Source: Escherichia coli 042 (lineage in GTDB: Bacteria > Pseudomonadota > Gammaproteobacteria > Enterobacterales > Enterobacteriaceae). Taken from it: a stretch of 64,000 bases of DNA. Positions 32,790 to 43,414 of this stretch are shown piece after piece. Both the position numbers and the translations under genes were made by a program. Location of the stretch: the NCBI RefSeq assembly GCF_000027125.1, contig NC_017626.1. One strand, 5' to 3'. Each line of letters starts with the position of its first letter. Position 1 is the first letter of the stretch. The notes under the pieces are model-generated. The model had not been told where the DNA came from. It saw only the letters and a program-made list of their open reading frames with translations, and did not search any database.

Positions 32790-35700
32790 TAAGCCAGATG
32801 CAGTGCTTCAAGACGACGAAGATCAAAGTCGTTTAATTCGTCGGTATAACTTTCGGTAATCGGTGCTGGCCAGTTGTTTGTCTCCAGGGCTTCGTTTATC
32901 TGGCGTAGCGTCCGGCGATATTCCTGTCGACCAAGTTCCAGGAGTTCCTGCGAGGCTTCCACGACAGCCACCCAGTGATAGCCAGCATCTTTGTTGACGA
33001 AGATCCAGAAAAATTTTTCCAGGTTTGCCACATCGCAATACATTGCGGCGCTGAGGTGATAATCACGCTCAATAATTTCACGGTGCAGGCGATCTTTAAG
33101 TCGTTCCTGCCGCACATAACCGAGGCTGACTGACTTCACGTCGGCGCAAATGCTTTCGTATGGCAGCCGGATTTCGATATCAGGACGGACCCTGATTTCC
33201 AGCCCGGTTTCTTCATCAAACCCGAAATAGCTGATTTCAGATTTGCGATCCGGGTGGTTGAGTAGCCTTGCCGCATCAGTATTGTTTTGCAGTGCCGCGT
33301 GAATATTTTTTGCCTGTTCATACATATCCGGACTGATAAACGTTTTCCCGGCGTTTTCTTCTTGCTGGCGTTTTTGCCAGTCCTCCAGTGTCACCAGTTC
33401 CGGGCGAATTTTCCGTGCGATTTCGGTTAATTGCTCTTTCGTGCCACTGATGTTGTAAGGCAAAGATTTAGCACGTTCTTTTTTTGCCAGTTCTGGGTCT
33501 ACAGTTTCAATTTGATCCAGAAGTTGCTCCCGTGCTCCACTGGTTTTCAACAGAGGAGGGAGGCTTGCGTTGTATTCTTTAATACAGGCTTTCATTGCTG
33601 ATGCTGTGTGTTTTTCCCCCTCAGGGATACGCCGAAATTCCACCGGAAGCGAACCGTAAAGGATGCCTGTTTCTTCGGCCCCAGCACTTACAGACAGTGG
33701 CTGTATAAGAGTGCTGTTGTAGCTTTCGATCCACTCTTTCATCTGCTCTGGTGTCATCAGTGCTGGCAGACTGGCATTGTGTTTTTTAATGATGGCGATC
33801 AGTTCGTTAGAAGTAGTAACCACATATTCAGGAACCGGTACCGGAATGGCATATTCATCAGCGAATTTATCCGTTTCCAGAACATAGCTGTGAATGATCC
33901 TCCCACGCAGCAGTGCATCACTTTCCTCATTCGGAATAGTTCCGGCAATGTGCCGCCCGTGGTAATACATCAGGCTGATACGGGCATCCTTCAGCATCGT
34001 GCTGCTTATTCCGTTGGCGGAGTGATAAACCTCGTTCGGGAGGTTTTCATAGCGGCCTGGCTCGAAATATGACGGCCACATGATTTCAGTTGCTACAGGA
34101 GCTGACGCTTCACCAGTTTGATCACTGCAATCACGATGCGGATCGCTGCCAGCATTCTCATTGTGCGGATGTTCAGCGCCTTCCATTTCCACCGGATCTT
34201 TTTCCTTAGCTTCAACCTGATTCTCTTCATCGAATGTTTCCTGGTATGTTGCGTCGCCCATCACCGCGCCACAGTCAGGGCAGTTACTGCCGCCGGTCTG
34301 ACCGCAGGCGGCGCAGACTTTTTCCGGTTCCTGTTGCGCTTCTGGTTCATTTTGTCGCGAATTTTGGCCGTTTTGTTCCGATTTTCGGTCGTTCTGTTCC
34401 GTTTTTGGCTGATGCTGGTACACAGAATCGCGGGTCTGGATCCCCTTAACCCATTTCGGATCATTCGGGTCGCTAATCCCTTCAACAAATTCTCCGCGAT
34501 AGGCAGCCAGTAATTTGTCTGCATCAACAGAATTTACCTGTGACTGAGCATCCAGCGGCTGCGTGTCCTGATGATGTTCAGTTGCATCCGGTTCCACTGT
34601 TTCAGCCGTTGCCTGTTCATCTGCCATTGCGCCAGATGGTTGCGGTTTTTCTTCATCATTCTGTTTTCCCTCCTCTGTTACACGCTGCGGCATCGGGGCA
34701 GAGGAGCGACCGCAGGCAATATCCACGATTTCCGGATCAGGGTTGGCATGATCGGTTTCAGTCAGTACTTTGTTCAGATATTCTGTGACGTGCGCGGGGA
34801 TGACCTCGATCCCAATTGGTGCTTCTTTCACGGACGCAACCACGATGGCGCGAGAATAATCCAGCCCGCCAGGCATGGTGATGAATTTGTCGCGGAAAAC
34901 AGAAAAGGGCGGTTTATTTTCAGCGATAATTTCCTCAATGCGTTTAGCGTGTGCCGGATGAAGGTTATAGATGTCCACGTCCATTGAACGGGCCAGTACG
35001 CCAGTGGCTACGTCGCGCGCCAGTGACGTAAGATCGTGGACGAAACCTTCGCCGCGATCGGTGAGGTTCCCGCCGCCAGCATTAGCACCGGAAGCCGTGC
35101 GAGTGATGCGTGAAACACGATTACCCTTCATCCACTCTTTTGTCAGCAGTCCTCGATCGGTGTAGTCAGCGTTCAGGTATACTTCGAAAAAAGCAGTTAA
35201 CAGTCCCAAGTCTGAATTACCAGGATTAGGGAAAACTTTGTCAGTGTCACGAACCAGTTTGTGGAGATCGCGAATTTCCAGCGGGTCGAGCAGGCTGGTT
35301 TTGTGGGAAACAGCCAGGGCAGTAACAGCCGGTAGTTCTTCAGCCCGTGCAATGTGTAATGCCTGGAGTTCGCCGCGTGAAACGTGCGTTACCGGTTTTT
35401 CGCTGCCGTGTTGAGCAAGCCAACGAATGGGCAGTTCCTGGCCAGAAATTGGGAGTAGCATATTCTCCTCAATCTCAGTCATGTCTTCGCCGTTGACGTT
35501 GGTATTGCCTTGATAGTGAGCGTTGTCTGGTGCTGCTCCCGGTTTTAGTTCCCATGTCATGGAGTCTTTGCTGAGTTGATAGCGTTCACTCCAGGTAAAA
35601 TCGATCTCACCTTCAGCGGGCAGGTCATTAACGACAGGAAAATTCGTGGCAACAGCTTTAAAATAGCTGCTCAGTTTTTTACCTGACTTAACGATCTGGT

Positions 35701-35812
35701 AGTCCAGAGTGGCACAGGTCGATTCAAAATCGTCACTTGCCCACAGGACGACGTCAGGTTCACCGGATGATTTTTTCGCTTTCCGTAACAGGAAGAGTGG
35801 TTTTGTGCTCAT
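32789..35812 (-). CDS. recE: RecE-like exonuclease VIII: N-terminal region like K-12 RecE, C-terminal nuclease domain divergent
   Basis: 1007 aa; N-terminus [26 protein letters not shown]... matches remembered RecE; C-terminal third differs. Confidence 0.7.
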   Translation of the reverse strand: MSTKPLFLLRKAKKSSGEPDVVLWASDDFESTCATLDYQIVKSGKKLSSYFKAVATNFPVVNDLPAEGEIDFTWSERYQLSKDSMTWELKPGAAPDNAHYQGNTNVNGEDMTEIEENMLLPISGQELPIRWLAQHGSEKPVTHVSRGELQALHIARAEELPAVTALAVSHKTSLLDPLEIRDLHKLVRDTDKVFPNPGNSDLGLLTAFFEVYLNADYTDRGLLTKEWMKGNRVSRITRTASGANAGGGNLTDRGEGFVHDLTSLARDVATGVLARSMDVDIYNLHPAHAKRIEEIIAENKPPFSVFRDKFITMPGGLDYSRAIVVASVKEAPIGIEVIPAHVTEYLNKVLTETDHANPDPEIVDIACGRSSAPMPQRVTEEGKQNDEEKPQPSGAMADEQATAETVEPDATEHHQDTQPLDAQSQVNSVDADKLLAAYRGEFVEGISDPNDPKWVKGIQTRDSVYQHQPKTEQNDRKSEQNGQNSRQNEPEAQQEPEKVCAACGQTGGSNCPDCGAVMGDATYQETFDEENQVEAKEKDPVEMEGAEHPHNENAGSDPHRDCSDQTGEASAPVATEIMWPSYFEPGRYENLPNEVYHSANGISSTMLKDARISLMYYHGRHIAGTIPNEESDALLRGRIIHSYVLETDKFADEYAIPVPVPEYVVTTSNELIAIIKKHNASLPALMTPEQMKEWIESYNSTLIQPLSVSAGAEETGILYGSLPVEFRRIPEGEKHTASAMKACIKEYNASLPPLLKTSGAREQLLDQIETVDPELAKKERAKSLPYNISGTKEQLTEIARKIRPELVTLEDWQKRQQEENAGKTFISPDMYEQAKNIHAALQNNTDAARLLNHPDRKSEISYFGFDEETGLEIRVRPDIEIRLPYESICADVKSVSLGYVRQERLKDRLHREIIERDYHLSAAMYCDVANLEKFFWIFVNKDAGYHWVAVVEASQELLELGRQEYRRTLRQINEALETNNWPAPITESYTDELNDFDLRRLEALHLA

Positions 35813-35913
35813 TGTTTTTTAACCTCAACTCAGATTAAAATTCGTTTTGTTCAGTGAATGATCTTGCCGGATACACACTGTTCATAGCCTGCGCCATACG
35901 CAGGCTATTTCTT

Positions 35914-36189
35914 TCAGATTTCACCTTTTAATTTCATTGCAATCAGAGTTGCCAGAAATCCGGCTTTTTTTTCTGCGGGCAGATTCTTTCCGATATGCAC
36001 TAGGCTCATTTTTTTGACACCTTCGTGAAGTGTTTTAACGTTGCCTGATGGACCGTCGATATCAACTACAGTGAATGGGGTTTCTTTATTTTCTGTTTTA
36101 ATCACGTAGCCAATACGCTTTCCTTCCAGATTAACTTCGTGAACAATGTCATCAGTAGTTACAACAGTGGCTTCATAACTGGTAATCAT
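35914..36189 (-). CDS. racC: Rac prophage protein RacC
   Basis: 91 aa from MITSYEATVVTTDDIVHEVNLEGKRIGYV... Confidence 0.75.
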   Translation of the reverse strand: MITSYEATVVTTDDIVHEVNLEGKRIGYVIKTENKETPFTVVDIDGPSGNVKTLHEGVKKMSLVHIGKNLPAEKKAGFLATLIAMKLKGEI

Positions 36190-36263
36190 GTTTTTCTTCT
36201 TAATTAAGGTTGAGCGAATCCCTGCCATTGCTGGCATAAATTCAGTTTCGCATAGTCAGTTAA

Positions 36264-36434
36264 TTAAAGTTCGTGTGCCATCTGGTCTTTTTCGGCACAT
36301 ATTTCGCTACAATATTTTTTCATTTCCGTCGTTGGGATAACTCCACGCATGAAATGAAGTGGTCTTTTAATGCTTTTGCTTTCTTTAACTTCTTTATCGC
36401 AAAGGTGGTAAGCACATTTTATTTTCTTAGTCAT
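36264..36434 (-). CDS. ydaE: Rac prophage small zinc-binding protein YdaE
   Basis: Hand-translated 56 aa [56 protein letters not shown]; below ORF-track size cutoff. Confidence 0.7.
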   Translation of the reverse strand: MTKKIKCAYHLCDKEVKESKSIKRPLHFMRGVIPTTEMKKYCSEICAEKDQMAHEL

Positions 36435-36655
36435 CACCATGACTCCGCCTTTACAGGTAAACCATCACGACCGAGGAAGACTTTAATCATGCAGTCAGTA
36501 ATGCATGTTTTTGTGGTCAGGTTACGAATATAAAGCTTTCGCTTTTTAATATTGTTTGCCGAGGCAATATATGTCCGGCCGTTATGAAGAACATAATCAC
36601 CAGGAGTCACACACTGACGAGGTATTTCATCAGTTCCGAAGTGATGAGCAATCAT
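36434..36655 (-). CDS. kilR: FtsZ inhibitor KilR
   Basis: 73 aa from [35 protein letters not shown]... Confidence 0.8.
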   Translation of the reverse strand: MIAHHFGTDEIPRQCVTPGDYVLHNGRTYIASANNIKKRKLYIRNLTTKTCITDCMIKVFLGRDGLPVKAESW

Positions 36656-37085
36656 AATTATCTCCATTTTCACAAATGAACTTTGTTGATGCGGTGCCTG
36701 GTGCCTCCAGGTGACGTTAACCAGTTAACAATTAACGCCGGATAATCCACCCATAACACTGATGCTTTTAACTGTTCCGCGTGCGCTTAGCCGCATTCAC
36801 CGCATCACAAAATTCACTTTAAAAAGGGCGGACATCAGCCGAACTTCAAGAAAAAACTGATGCCGCCAAGACTACACACAGCAATGTCGTTATTTACAAC
36901 CGGAGGCGCACTCCCACCATTTAAATTTAACAGACAAGACCGACTCTTTATGGATATCGGAAATGCGCCTTCGTGTTGCGCCCAGTTTTATTTCACCACC
37001 TCCGGGCTTCGGTGGTCTCGGCTATACCCCTACAGCGAGAGCTTGTGTTAACATTTCAATACCCTTACAGTTGAGAGTTATTGAT

Positions 37086-37574
37086 ATGTTGGATGTATTT
37101 ACTCCATTGTTGAAACTTTTTGCTAACGAGCCACTCGAAAGACTTATGTATACGATTATCATTTTTGGTCTCACTCTCTGGCTGATACCGAAAGAGTTTA
37201 CTGTCGCATTCAATGCTTATACTGAAATACCTTGGCTCTTTCAGATTATCGTTTTTGCCTTTTCTTTCGTGGTCGCCATTTCCTTCTCAAGATTGCGAGC
37301 ACATATTCAAAAGCATTTTTCATTACTACCAGAGCAACGAGTATTGCTTCGTTTATCTGAGAAAGAAATCGCTGTATTTAAAGATTTCCTTAAAACAGGA
37401 AATCTTATTATCACTTCTCCTTGCCGTAACCCGGTTATGAAAAAATTAGAACGGAAGGGCATCATTCAACATCAGAGTGATAGCGCAAACTGTTCTTATT
37501 ATCTCGTCACCGAAAAATACTCCCATTTTATGAAGTTATTCTGGAACAGCAGGAGTAGACGTTTTAATCGTTAG
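37086..37574 (+). CDS. sieB: Superinfection exclusion protein SieB
   Basis: 162 aa from MLDVFTPLLKLFANEPLERLMYTIIIFGLTLWLIP..., two TM segments. Confidence 0.8.
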   Translation: MLDVFTPLLKLFANEPLERLMYTIIIFGLTLWLIPKEFTVAFNAYTEIPWLFQIIVFAFSFVVAISFSRLRAHIQKHFSLLPEQRVLLRLSEKEIAVFKDFLKTGNLIITSPCRNPVMKKLERKGIIQHQSDSANCSYYLVTEKYSHFMKLFWNSRSRRFNR

Positions 37575-37726
37575 CTTACTGTGTGCTTCTCCAACCATCG
37601 GCGCGCACCAGTTTCGGTTTTAAATGTTTTGCTTTTTGTATACGTCATCGCGGTGAACGTACCGTCCTGGTTGGGAAACACGCCACACACTATGGATTCG
37701 TTGTTGCCGAGGTCGATTTTTTGCAT
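37571..37726 (-). CDS. ydaF: Rac prophage small protein YdaF
   Basis: Hand-translated 51 aa MQKIDLGNNESIVCGVFPNQDGTFTAMTYTKSKTFKTETGARRWLEKHTV; convergent 4-nt overlap with sieB stop. Confidence 0.7.
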   Translation of the reverse strand: MQKIDLGNNESIVCGVFPNQDGTFTAMTYTKSKTFKTETGARRWLEKHTVS

Positions 37727-37737
37727 TTTGGGAACCC

Positions 37738-37872
37738 TCACATCTTGTTGTTACGGATAGAGGCTTCTGCCTGCCAGAGATCCCAGTCGTTGCTGCGTAG
37801 AGCCTGTACAGCCTGGCTGTAAGTGATGCCGCAACAATCCATCAAATACTGAACTACTTCGTAATGCACCAT
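37738..37872 (-). CDS. ydaG: Rac prophage small protein YdaG
   Basis: Hand-translated 44 aa MVHYEVVQYLMDCCGITYSQAVQALRSNDWDLWQAEASIRNNKM. Confidence 0.7.
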   Translation of the reverse strand: MVHYEVVQYLMDCCGITYSQAVQALRSNDWDLWQAEASIRNNKM

Positions 37873-38159
37873 CTTATCTCTCCCCTTAACGCCGGGTGGC
37901 GGAACTAACTGCTGCACTGCAAAATTTGAATCCCGCCGTCATGTTCATACGCCTCGGGCTGGCTACTTAACCCCTGACCACTGCCTGGTAACTCGAAGTA
38001 TTGCCCTGCGTTCTGTGGGGCGGGGTGGGTTGGTAGGTATATGATGTACTTTGTGTTCATTGTTGTAAAGTACTTTAAGTACATTTTGTGTGTAAAAAAA
38101 TGAGATGGGATAAAGTGAAGCACAAACCCGGAGGGGGACGCTACCGGATTTATGCTGGT

Positions 38160-38579
38160 TTAAGAGGCTTTTTGTTTTTTCTTTCGTGCTAACTCTTCGT
38201 AAATTGCATTGTACTTCTGTTTTTTCTCCTCAAGAGTTTTTAAAAGTTCATCTGTCTCACTGTCAGGGAGCTCGTCCAGAAGGTCAATGATGATTTTTTG
38301 TCTTGGATTTAACTCCTGATAGAAACGTACCTGTCCACTTTCTTCTGTATCCTCTCCCAAAAGATAGGTTGGTGTTGTTCCAATGAGTGTTGCTAATTCC
38401 CTTAATTTCTCTCGGCGAGGAATTGTTTCGCCATTAAACCATTTGCTAACCGCTTTTGGTGTTAATTTCATTCGACGGGCAATTTCTGCCTGCCTTCCAT
38501 GTTGTTCATAACCAGCGTTTTCACAGGCTAGCGCAAGCCTACTGGCGAACTCTTTACGCGCTTTATCTTCATGAACCAT
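38160..38579 (-). CDS. racR: Prophage repressor RacR (cI-like HTH)
   Basis: 139 aa with HTH (QAEIARRMKLTPKAVSKWFNGETIP); divergent from ydaS. Confidence 0.75.
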   Translation of the reverse strand: MVHEDKARKEFASRLALACENAGYEQHGRQAEIARRMKLTPKAVSKWFNGETIPRREKLRELATLIGTTPTYLLGEDTEESGQVRFYQELNPRQKIIIDLLDELPDSETDELLKTLEEKKQKYNAIYEELARKKKQKAS

Positions 38580-38658
38580 AAGTTCAATGATATTCGCTCT
38601 TGAATGTACTGTCAGTTCTGTTATAGCATGTACTCAAAGTTCACATTGTGAGGGTGAT
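38580..38658. promoter_or_regulatory. Divergent racR / ydaS promoter-operator region
   Basis: 79-bp intergenic spacer between divergently oriented repressor and cro-like gene; operator sites not resolved. Confidence 0.4.
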
Positions 38659-38913
38659 ATGAACCAGAAAACACTTGAAGATGTAATCAAAACTGTTCGC
38701 GTTTCTGTTGTGGCCGACGTTTGTGGTGTCAGCCAAAGAGCAATCTACAAATGGATGGATAACGGAAAATTGCCTCGCACAGAATATACCGGCGAAACAA
38801 ATTACGCTGAAAAAATCGCTCATGCATCAAACGGATTATTTTCTGCCGATGCAATTTTAACTATTGGCAGAAATAAAACTACTACGAAAAAGCTGATGGG
38901 AGTTGATTCATGA
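38659..38913 (+). CDS. ydaS: Cro-like HTH protein YdaS
   Basis: Start at ATG 38659 (MNQKTLEDVIKTVRVSVVADVCGVSQRAIYKWMDNGKLP); start uncertain. Confidence 0.7.
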   Translation: MNQKTLEDVIKTVRVSVVADVCGVSQRAIYKWMDNGKLPRTEYTGETNYAEKIAHASNGLFSADAILTIGRNKTTTKKLMGVDS

Positions 38914-39332
38914 AAATCAAGCATGAGCACATCGAATCAGTGTTGTTAGCCCTGGCTGCTGAAAAAGGGCAGGCATGGGTAGCCAATGCCATTACTGAAG
39001 AATATCTGCGCCAGGGGGGCGGCGAATTGCCTCTGGTTCCAGGCAAGGACTGGAACAATCAGCAGAATATCTATCACCGTTGGTTGAAAGGTGAAACGAA
39101 AACGCAAAGAGAAAAAATTCAGAAGCTGATCCCAGCAATTCTGGCAATCCTTCCGCGCGAGCTGCGTCACCGACTCTGCATCTTCGATACCTTGGAACGC
39201 CGTGCATTACTGGCGGCGCAGGAAGCGTTAAGTACGGCAATTGATGCGCATGATGATGCTGTCCAGGCCGTTTACCGGAAAGCGCATTTCAGCGGTGGCG
39301 GGTCTTCCGACGATTCTGTCATTGTTCATTAA
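38910..39332 (+). CDS. ydaT: Rac prophage protein YdaT
   Basis: 140 aa, overlaps ydaS stop (ATGA). Confidence 0.75.
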   Translation: MKIKHEHIESVLLALAAEKGQAWVANAITEEYLRQGGGELPLVPGKDWNNQQNIYHRWLKGETKTQREKIQKLIPAILAILPRELRHRLCIFDTLERRALLAAQEALSTAIDAHDDAVQAVYRKAHFSGGGSSDDSVIVH

Positions 39333-39344
39333 GCAAAAGTTTTC

Positions 39345-40202
39345 ATGCTGTTTGTGCTTATTCTAAGCAACCGGACAGCATCATACGGGGCAATTATGGC
39401 CGCATTACCATACATGCAACTGTACATAGCTGATTACTTGGCTGACACCATGCATTTGTCAGCAGAGGAGCACGGTGCGTATTTGTTGCTGATGTTCAAT
39501 TACTGGCAAACAGGAAAGCCAATACCCAAAAACAGGCTGGCAAAAATTGCCCGTCTGACTAACGAGCGATGGGCTGATGTTGAACCATCCTTGCGGGAGT
39601 TTTTTTGCGATAACGGCGAGGAATGGGTGCATCTTCGGATTGAGGAAGATCTGGCATCAGTCAGGGAAAAATTAACCAAAAAATCAGCCGCAGGAAAAGC
39701 ATCTGTTCAGGCCAGAAGAAGCAGAAAGGAAGCAGATGTTCAAACAAAACAAGAGAGAAATTTAACAGGTGTTCAAACAGATGTTGAAGTGGTGTTTGAA
39801 CATGATGCCAACACAAAGGCAACTAATAAAGATACAGATAAAGATCTAAAAACAGATCCCCCCCTAAATCCCCCCCGGGGGAATCGAGGTGTCAAAAAGT
39901 TTGACCCTCTGGATATTGCTTTGCCGAACTGGATTTCTGTCTCGCTTTGGCGTGAGTGGGTTGAATTTCGCCAGGCATTGCGTAAACCGATTCGAACGGA
40001 GCAGGGCGCTAACGGGGCGATACGGGAGCTGGAAAAATTCCGCCAGCAGGGTTTTTCACCTGAGCAGGTGATTCGACACAGCATCGCCAATGAATACCAA
40101 GGCTTGTTCGCGCCAAAAGGTGTTCTACCTGAGACGTTACTCCGACAGGTTAACACCGTCTCGTTACCGGATAGTGCGATCCCGCCAGGCTTCAGGGGGT
40201 AA
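39345..40202 (+). CDS. ydaU: Prophage replication-associated protein YdaU (DUF1376-like)
   Basis: 285 aa, position upstream of DnaC-like gene. Confidence 0.75.
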   Translation: MLFVLILSNRTASYGAIMAALPYMQLYIADYLADTMHLSAEEHGAYLLLMFNYWQTGKPIPKNRLAKIARLTNERWADVEPSLREFFCDNGEEWVHLRIEEDLASVREKLTKKSAAGKASVQARRSRKEADVQTKQERNLTGVQTDVEVVFEHDANTKATNKDTDKDLKTDPPLNPPRGNRGVKKFDPLDIALPNWISVSLWREWVEFRQALRKPIRTEQGANGAIRELEKFRQQGFSPEQVIRHSIANEYQGLFAPKGVLPETLLRQVNTVSLPDSAIPPGFRG

Positions 40203-40208
40203 CTGACC

Positions 40209-40955
40209 ATGAAAAATATTGCGGCAGGCGGCATTCTTGAACGTATCCGCAGACTGGCCCCGCCACATGTAACCGCCCCATTCAAAACGGTAGCGGAGTG
40301 GCGCGAGTGGCAACTTTCCGAAGGCCAGAAACGTTGTGAGGAGATCAACCGTCAGAATCGTCAGTTGCGGGTGGAAAAAATTCTGAATCGCTCTGGCATC
40401 CAGCCATTGCACCGCAAATGCTCGTTTGCGAATTACCAGGTGCAGAACGACGGTCAGCGATACGCGTTGAACCAGGCGAAATCTATCGCTGATGAACTGA
40501 TGACCGGGTGTACAAATTTTGCGTTCAGCGGAAAACCTGGTACCGGAAAAAACCATCTGGCGGCGGCTATCGGGAATCGCCTGCTGAAAGATGGCCAGAC
40601 AGTGATTGTGGTTACCGTGGCTGATGTCATGAGTGCTCTACACGCCAGCTATGACGACGGGCAATCAGGCGAAAAATTTTTGCGGGAACTGTGCCAAGTG
40701 GATCTGCTGGTTCTTGATGAAATTGGCATTCAGCGCGAGACAAAAAACGAGCAGGTGGTGCTGCACCAGATTGTTGATCGCCGGACAGCGTCGATGCGCA
40801 GCGTGGGGATGCTGACAAACCTGAACTATGAGGCCATGAAAACATTGCTCGGCGAGCGGATTATGGATCGCATGACCATGAACGGCGGGCGATGGGTGAA
40901 TTTTAACTGGGAGAGCTGGCGTCCGAATGTCGTCCAGCCAGGAATTGCGAAGTGA
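40209..40955 (+). CDS. ydaV: DnaC-like helicase loader (AAA+)
   Basis: 248 aa, Walker [12 protein letters not shown] and Walker B LLVLDEIG. Confidence 0.8.
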   Translation: MKNIAAGGILERIRRLAPPHVTAPFKTVAEWREWQLSEGQKRCEEINRQNRQLRVEKILNRSGIQPLHRKCSFANYQVQNDGQRYALNQAKSIADELMTGCTNFAFSGKPGTGKNHLAAAIGNRLLKDGQTVIVVTVADVMSALHASYDDGQSGEKFLRELCQVDLLVLDEIGIQRETKNEQVVLHQIVDRRTASMRSVGMLTNLNYEAMKTLLGERIMDRMTMNGGRWVNFNWESWRPNVVQPGIAK

Positions 40956-40977
40956 TTTTTACCGGGAGGAAATTTTA

Positions 40978-41739
40978 ATGGAAACCGTTTTTGATGCACT
41001 GAAAGCAATGGGAAAAGCCACGTCGGTAGAACTGGCTGCGCGACTTGATATCAGTCGTGAAGAAGTGCTGAACGAGCTGTGGGAACTTAAAAAGGCTGGC
41101 TTCGTTGATAAAAGCGTATACACCTGGCGTGTGGCTGATAACAACGTTCAGCAGGAACAGCCAGAGCAGGCAGAACTGCCGGAAGAAACCACCACGGCAA
41201 CAGTAGCGAAAATCTCAGAGTGCGATTTAACCGCGACGATTGAACAACGTGGCCCACAAACGGCGGATGAACTGGCTACGTTTTTCGGCACCACATCACG
41301 CAAAGTGGCTTCAACGCTGGCAATGGCAATCAGCAAAGGCCGTCTGATTCGCGTTAATCAGAACGGTAAATTTCGTTACTGCATGCCGGGCGATGATTTA
41401 CCAGCAGAGCCGAAAGCTGCATCGGTAACGGAAACTGATGGTAAAGCCTTTCCTCAACCAGCAGGTGTTGCGTTACCGGGACAGGAAGCTGCAACACAGG
41501 AAGATATTAAAACAGAAACTGTGGCGGACATTGTGCAGTCGTTGCCATCGTTTACCGAAACGCGAGCGGATGACCTCGTTCTGCCATCGCTGCATATGGC
41601 AAACCGCGAACTGCGTCGGGCGAAAAATCATGTCCAGAAGTGGGAACGTGTCTGCGCCGCGCTGCGGGAGCTGAACAAGCACCGGGATATTGTTCGACAG
41701 ATTACTGATTCTTCTCGCTGTGTTGCATCGGAAAAGTGA
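40978..41739 (+). CDS. Phage protein YdaW-like, probable winged-helix DNA-binding
   Basis: ATG 40978 with GGAGGA RBS; 253 aa; two WH-like segments. Confidence 0.55.
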   Translation: METVFDALKAMGKATSVELAARLDISREEVLNELWELKKAGFVDKSVYTWRVADNNVQQEQPEQAELPEETTTATVAKISECDLTATIEQRGPQTADELATFFGTTSRKVASTLAMAISKGRLIRVNQNGKFRYCMPGDDLPAEPKAASVTETDGKAFPQPAGVALPGQEAATQEDIKTETVADIVQSLPSFTETRADDLVLPSLHMANRELRRAKNHVQKWERVCAALRELNKHRDIVRQITDSSRCVASEK

Positions 41740-41754
41740 TTGCCGGAGGCGCTT

Positions 41755-42171
41755 ATGGCAAAAGTATTTACACAAGAAGAGCGGGAAAAAATCAAGGGAC
41801 AGGTTGTTGAGCTAGTACGCCGGAGTGGGCGCGAGACGTTACGGCAACTGGAAGCCAAGACAGGTGCGACAAGATATCTGATGAGCGTTCTCGCCAGAGA
41901 GCTGGTTGCCAGTGGCGATGTATACAACTCTGGCTACGGGTTATTCCCGTCTGAACAGGCTCGTAAGGACTGGCAAAATGCCCGCAAAAAACTATCTAGG
42001 GCAAAGGTGAAGAAACCATCTGTGGTTGATCCGGACCTTATCTGGTCATTACCTGACGGAGAAATACGTCGTTATGACAGGCACCAAAACATAATTTGCT
42101 GTGAGTGCCGGAAGAGCGAAGTTATGCAGCGCATACTGGCATTTTATCAGAGAAATTTTCGTTATTTATAG
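41755..42171 (+). CDS. Hypothetical phage protein
   Basis: ATG 41755 preceded by GGAGG; 138 aa; no recognised motif. Confidence 0.45.
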   Translation: MAKVFTQEEREKIKGQVVELVRRSGRETLRQLEAKTGATRYLMSVLARELVASGDVYNSGYGLFPSEQARKDWQNARKKLSRAKVKKPSVVDPDLIWSLPDGEIRRYDRHQNIICCECRKSEVMQRILAFYQRNFRYL

Positions 42172-42334
42172 ACGTTACTCGATTAAAGAGCATTAGTTCA
42201 GATGTGAATTGACATTTTCACGGCACAGGATTGAGCTAGCGTGGTTGTCTGCTTTGTGTCAAAAGCAGATATTACCAGATTTAGACATCTATTCCCGATA
42301 GCCCTGCTCTGATGCTACACTCTGTGCTATTTTC

Positions 42335-43021
42335 ATGACCCCAATAAAAATATTTATGACTATTGCTGATTTCAAACGGCCTAAATTGGAGCTCCCAAAC
42401 GGGGCAAACAAACTACTACTGCACTCTTGCTGTGCTCCATGTTCCGGTGAAGTGATGGAGGCGCTTCAGGCCTCGGGAATCGACTATACCATCTTTTTCT
42501 ACAACCCGAACATTCATCCTCAGAAAGAGTATTTAATTCGTAAGGATGAGAATATTCGCTTTGCTGAACAACACGGCGTGCCATTTATTGATGCTGATTA
42601 CGACACAGACAACTGGTTTGAACGTGCCAAAGGAATGGAATGGGAGCCCGAGAGGGGGATCCGTTGTACCATGTGTTTTGACATGCGTTTTGAGCGGACA
42701 GCGCTGTACGCTGCTGAAAATGGTTTCAGTGTGATCAGCAGTTCACTGGGCATTTCACGCTGGAAAAATATGCAGCAGGTTAACGACTGTGGGCGGCGAG
42801 CCGTCGCGCATTATCCGGGCATGGTGTACTGGGATTATAACTGGCGCAAGCAGGGCGGCTCGTCCCGCATGATTGAAATCAGCAAGCGCGAAAAATTCTA
42901 TCAGCAGGAATATTGTGGCTGTGTGTATTCTCTGCGCGATACCAATCTACACCGCAAATCTCAGGGACGCCCTCTTATCAAAATTGGTCAACTCCACTAC
43001 GGTAAAGAAGAGAAGGAGTGA
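42335..43021 (+). CDS. DUF208 / epoxyqueuosine reductase QueH-like protein (putative Fe-S enzyme)
   Basis: 228 aa with Cys motifs [14 protein letters not shown] and EYCGCVYS, as remembered for the QueH family. Confidence 0.55.
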   Translation: MTPIKIFMTIADFKRPKLELPNGANKLLLHSCCAPCSGEVMEALQASGIDYTIFFYNPNIHPQKEYLIRKDENIRFAEQHGVPFIDADYDTDNWFERAKGMEWEPERGIRCTMCFDMRFERTALYAAENGFSVISSSLGISRWKNMQQVNDCGRRAVAHYPGMVYWDYNWRKQGGSSRMIEISKREKFYQQEYCGCVYSLRDTNLHRKSQGRPLIKIGQLHYGKEEKE

Positions 43022-43258
43022 TTTTATGGAGCACCTTTCTTATTGATTTCATATTGGCGAGGTAGCGGGAGTTAAGTAAAATTGCTGCGGGTGCTTGAGG
43101 CTATCTGCCTCAGGCATGAACACCAAAAGGCAGATAGAGAAAAGCCCCAGTTAACATTACGCGTCCTGCAAGACGCTTAACATTAATCTGAGGCTCAATC
43201 TATGCTGAACACATGTAGGTTAGCCTCTTACGTGCCGAAAGGCAAGGAGAAGCAGGCT

Positions 43259-43414
43259 ATGAAGCAGCAAAAGGCGATGTTAATCGCCCTGATCGTCATC
43301 TGTTTAACCGTCATAGTGACGGCACTGGTAACGAGGAAAGACCTCTGCGAGGTACGAATCCGAACCGGGCAGACGGAGGTCGCTGTCTTCACAGCTTACG
43401 AACCTGAGGAGTAA
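43259..43414 (+). CDS. hokD: Hok-family membrane toxin (type I toxin)
   Basis: 51 aa MKQQKAMLIALIVICLTVIVTALVTRKDLCEVRIRTGQTEVAVFTAYEPEE matches remembered HokD/RelF; in-frame upstream extension from 43202. Confidence 0.8.
   Translation: MKQQKAMLIALIVICLTVIVTALVTRKDLCEVRIRTGQTEVAVFTAYEPEE

Noticed and set aside
33608-34987. Three plus-strand ORFs (154, 131 and 138 aa) inside the recE-like gene
   Set aside because: Entirely antisense to a long, well-supported coding frame; low-complexity translations without motifs.
36273-36533. 86-aa plus-strand ORF downstream of racC
   Set aside because: Overlaps minus-strand ydaE and the 3' end of kilR, both recognisable.
37583-37822. 79-aa plus-strand ORF between sieB and racR
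   Set aside because: The same interval encodes ydaF and ydaG on the minus strand, whose translations match remembered Rac proteins; the plus-strand frame is a shadow ORF.
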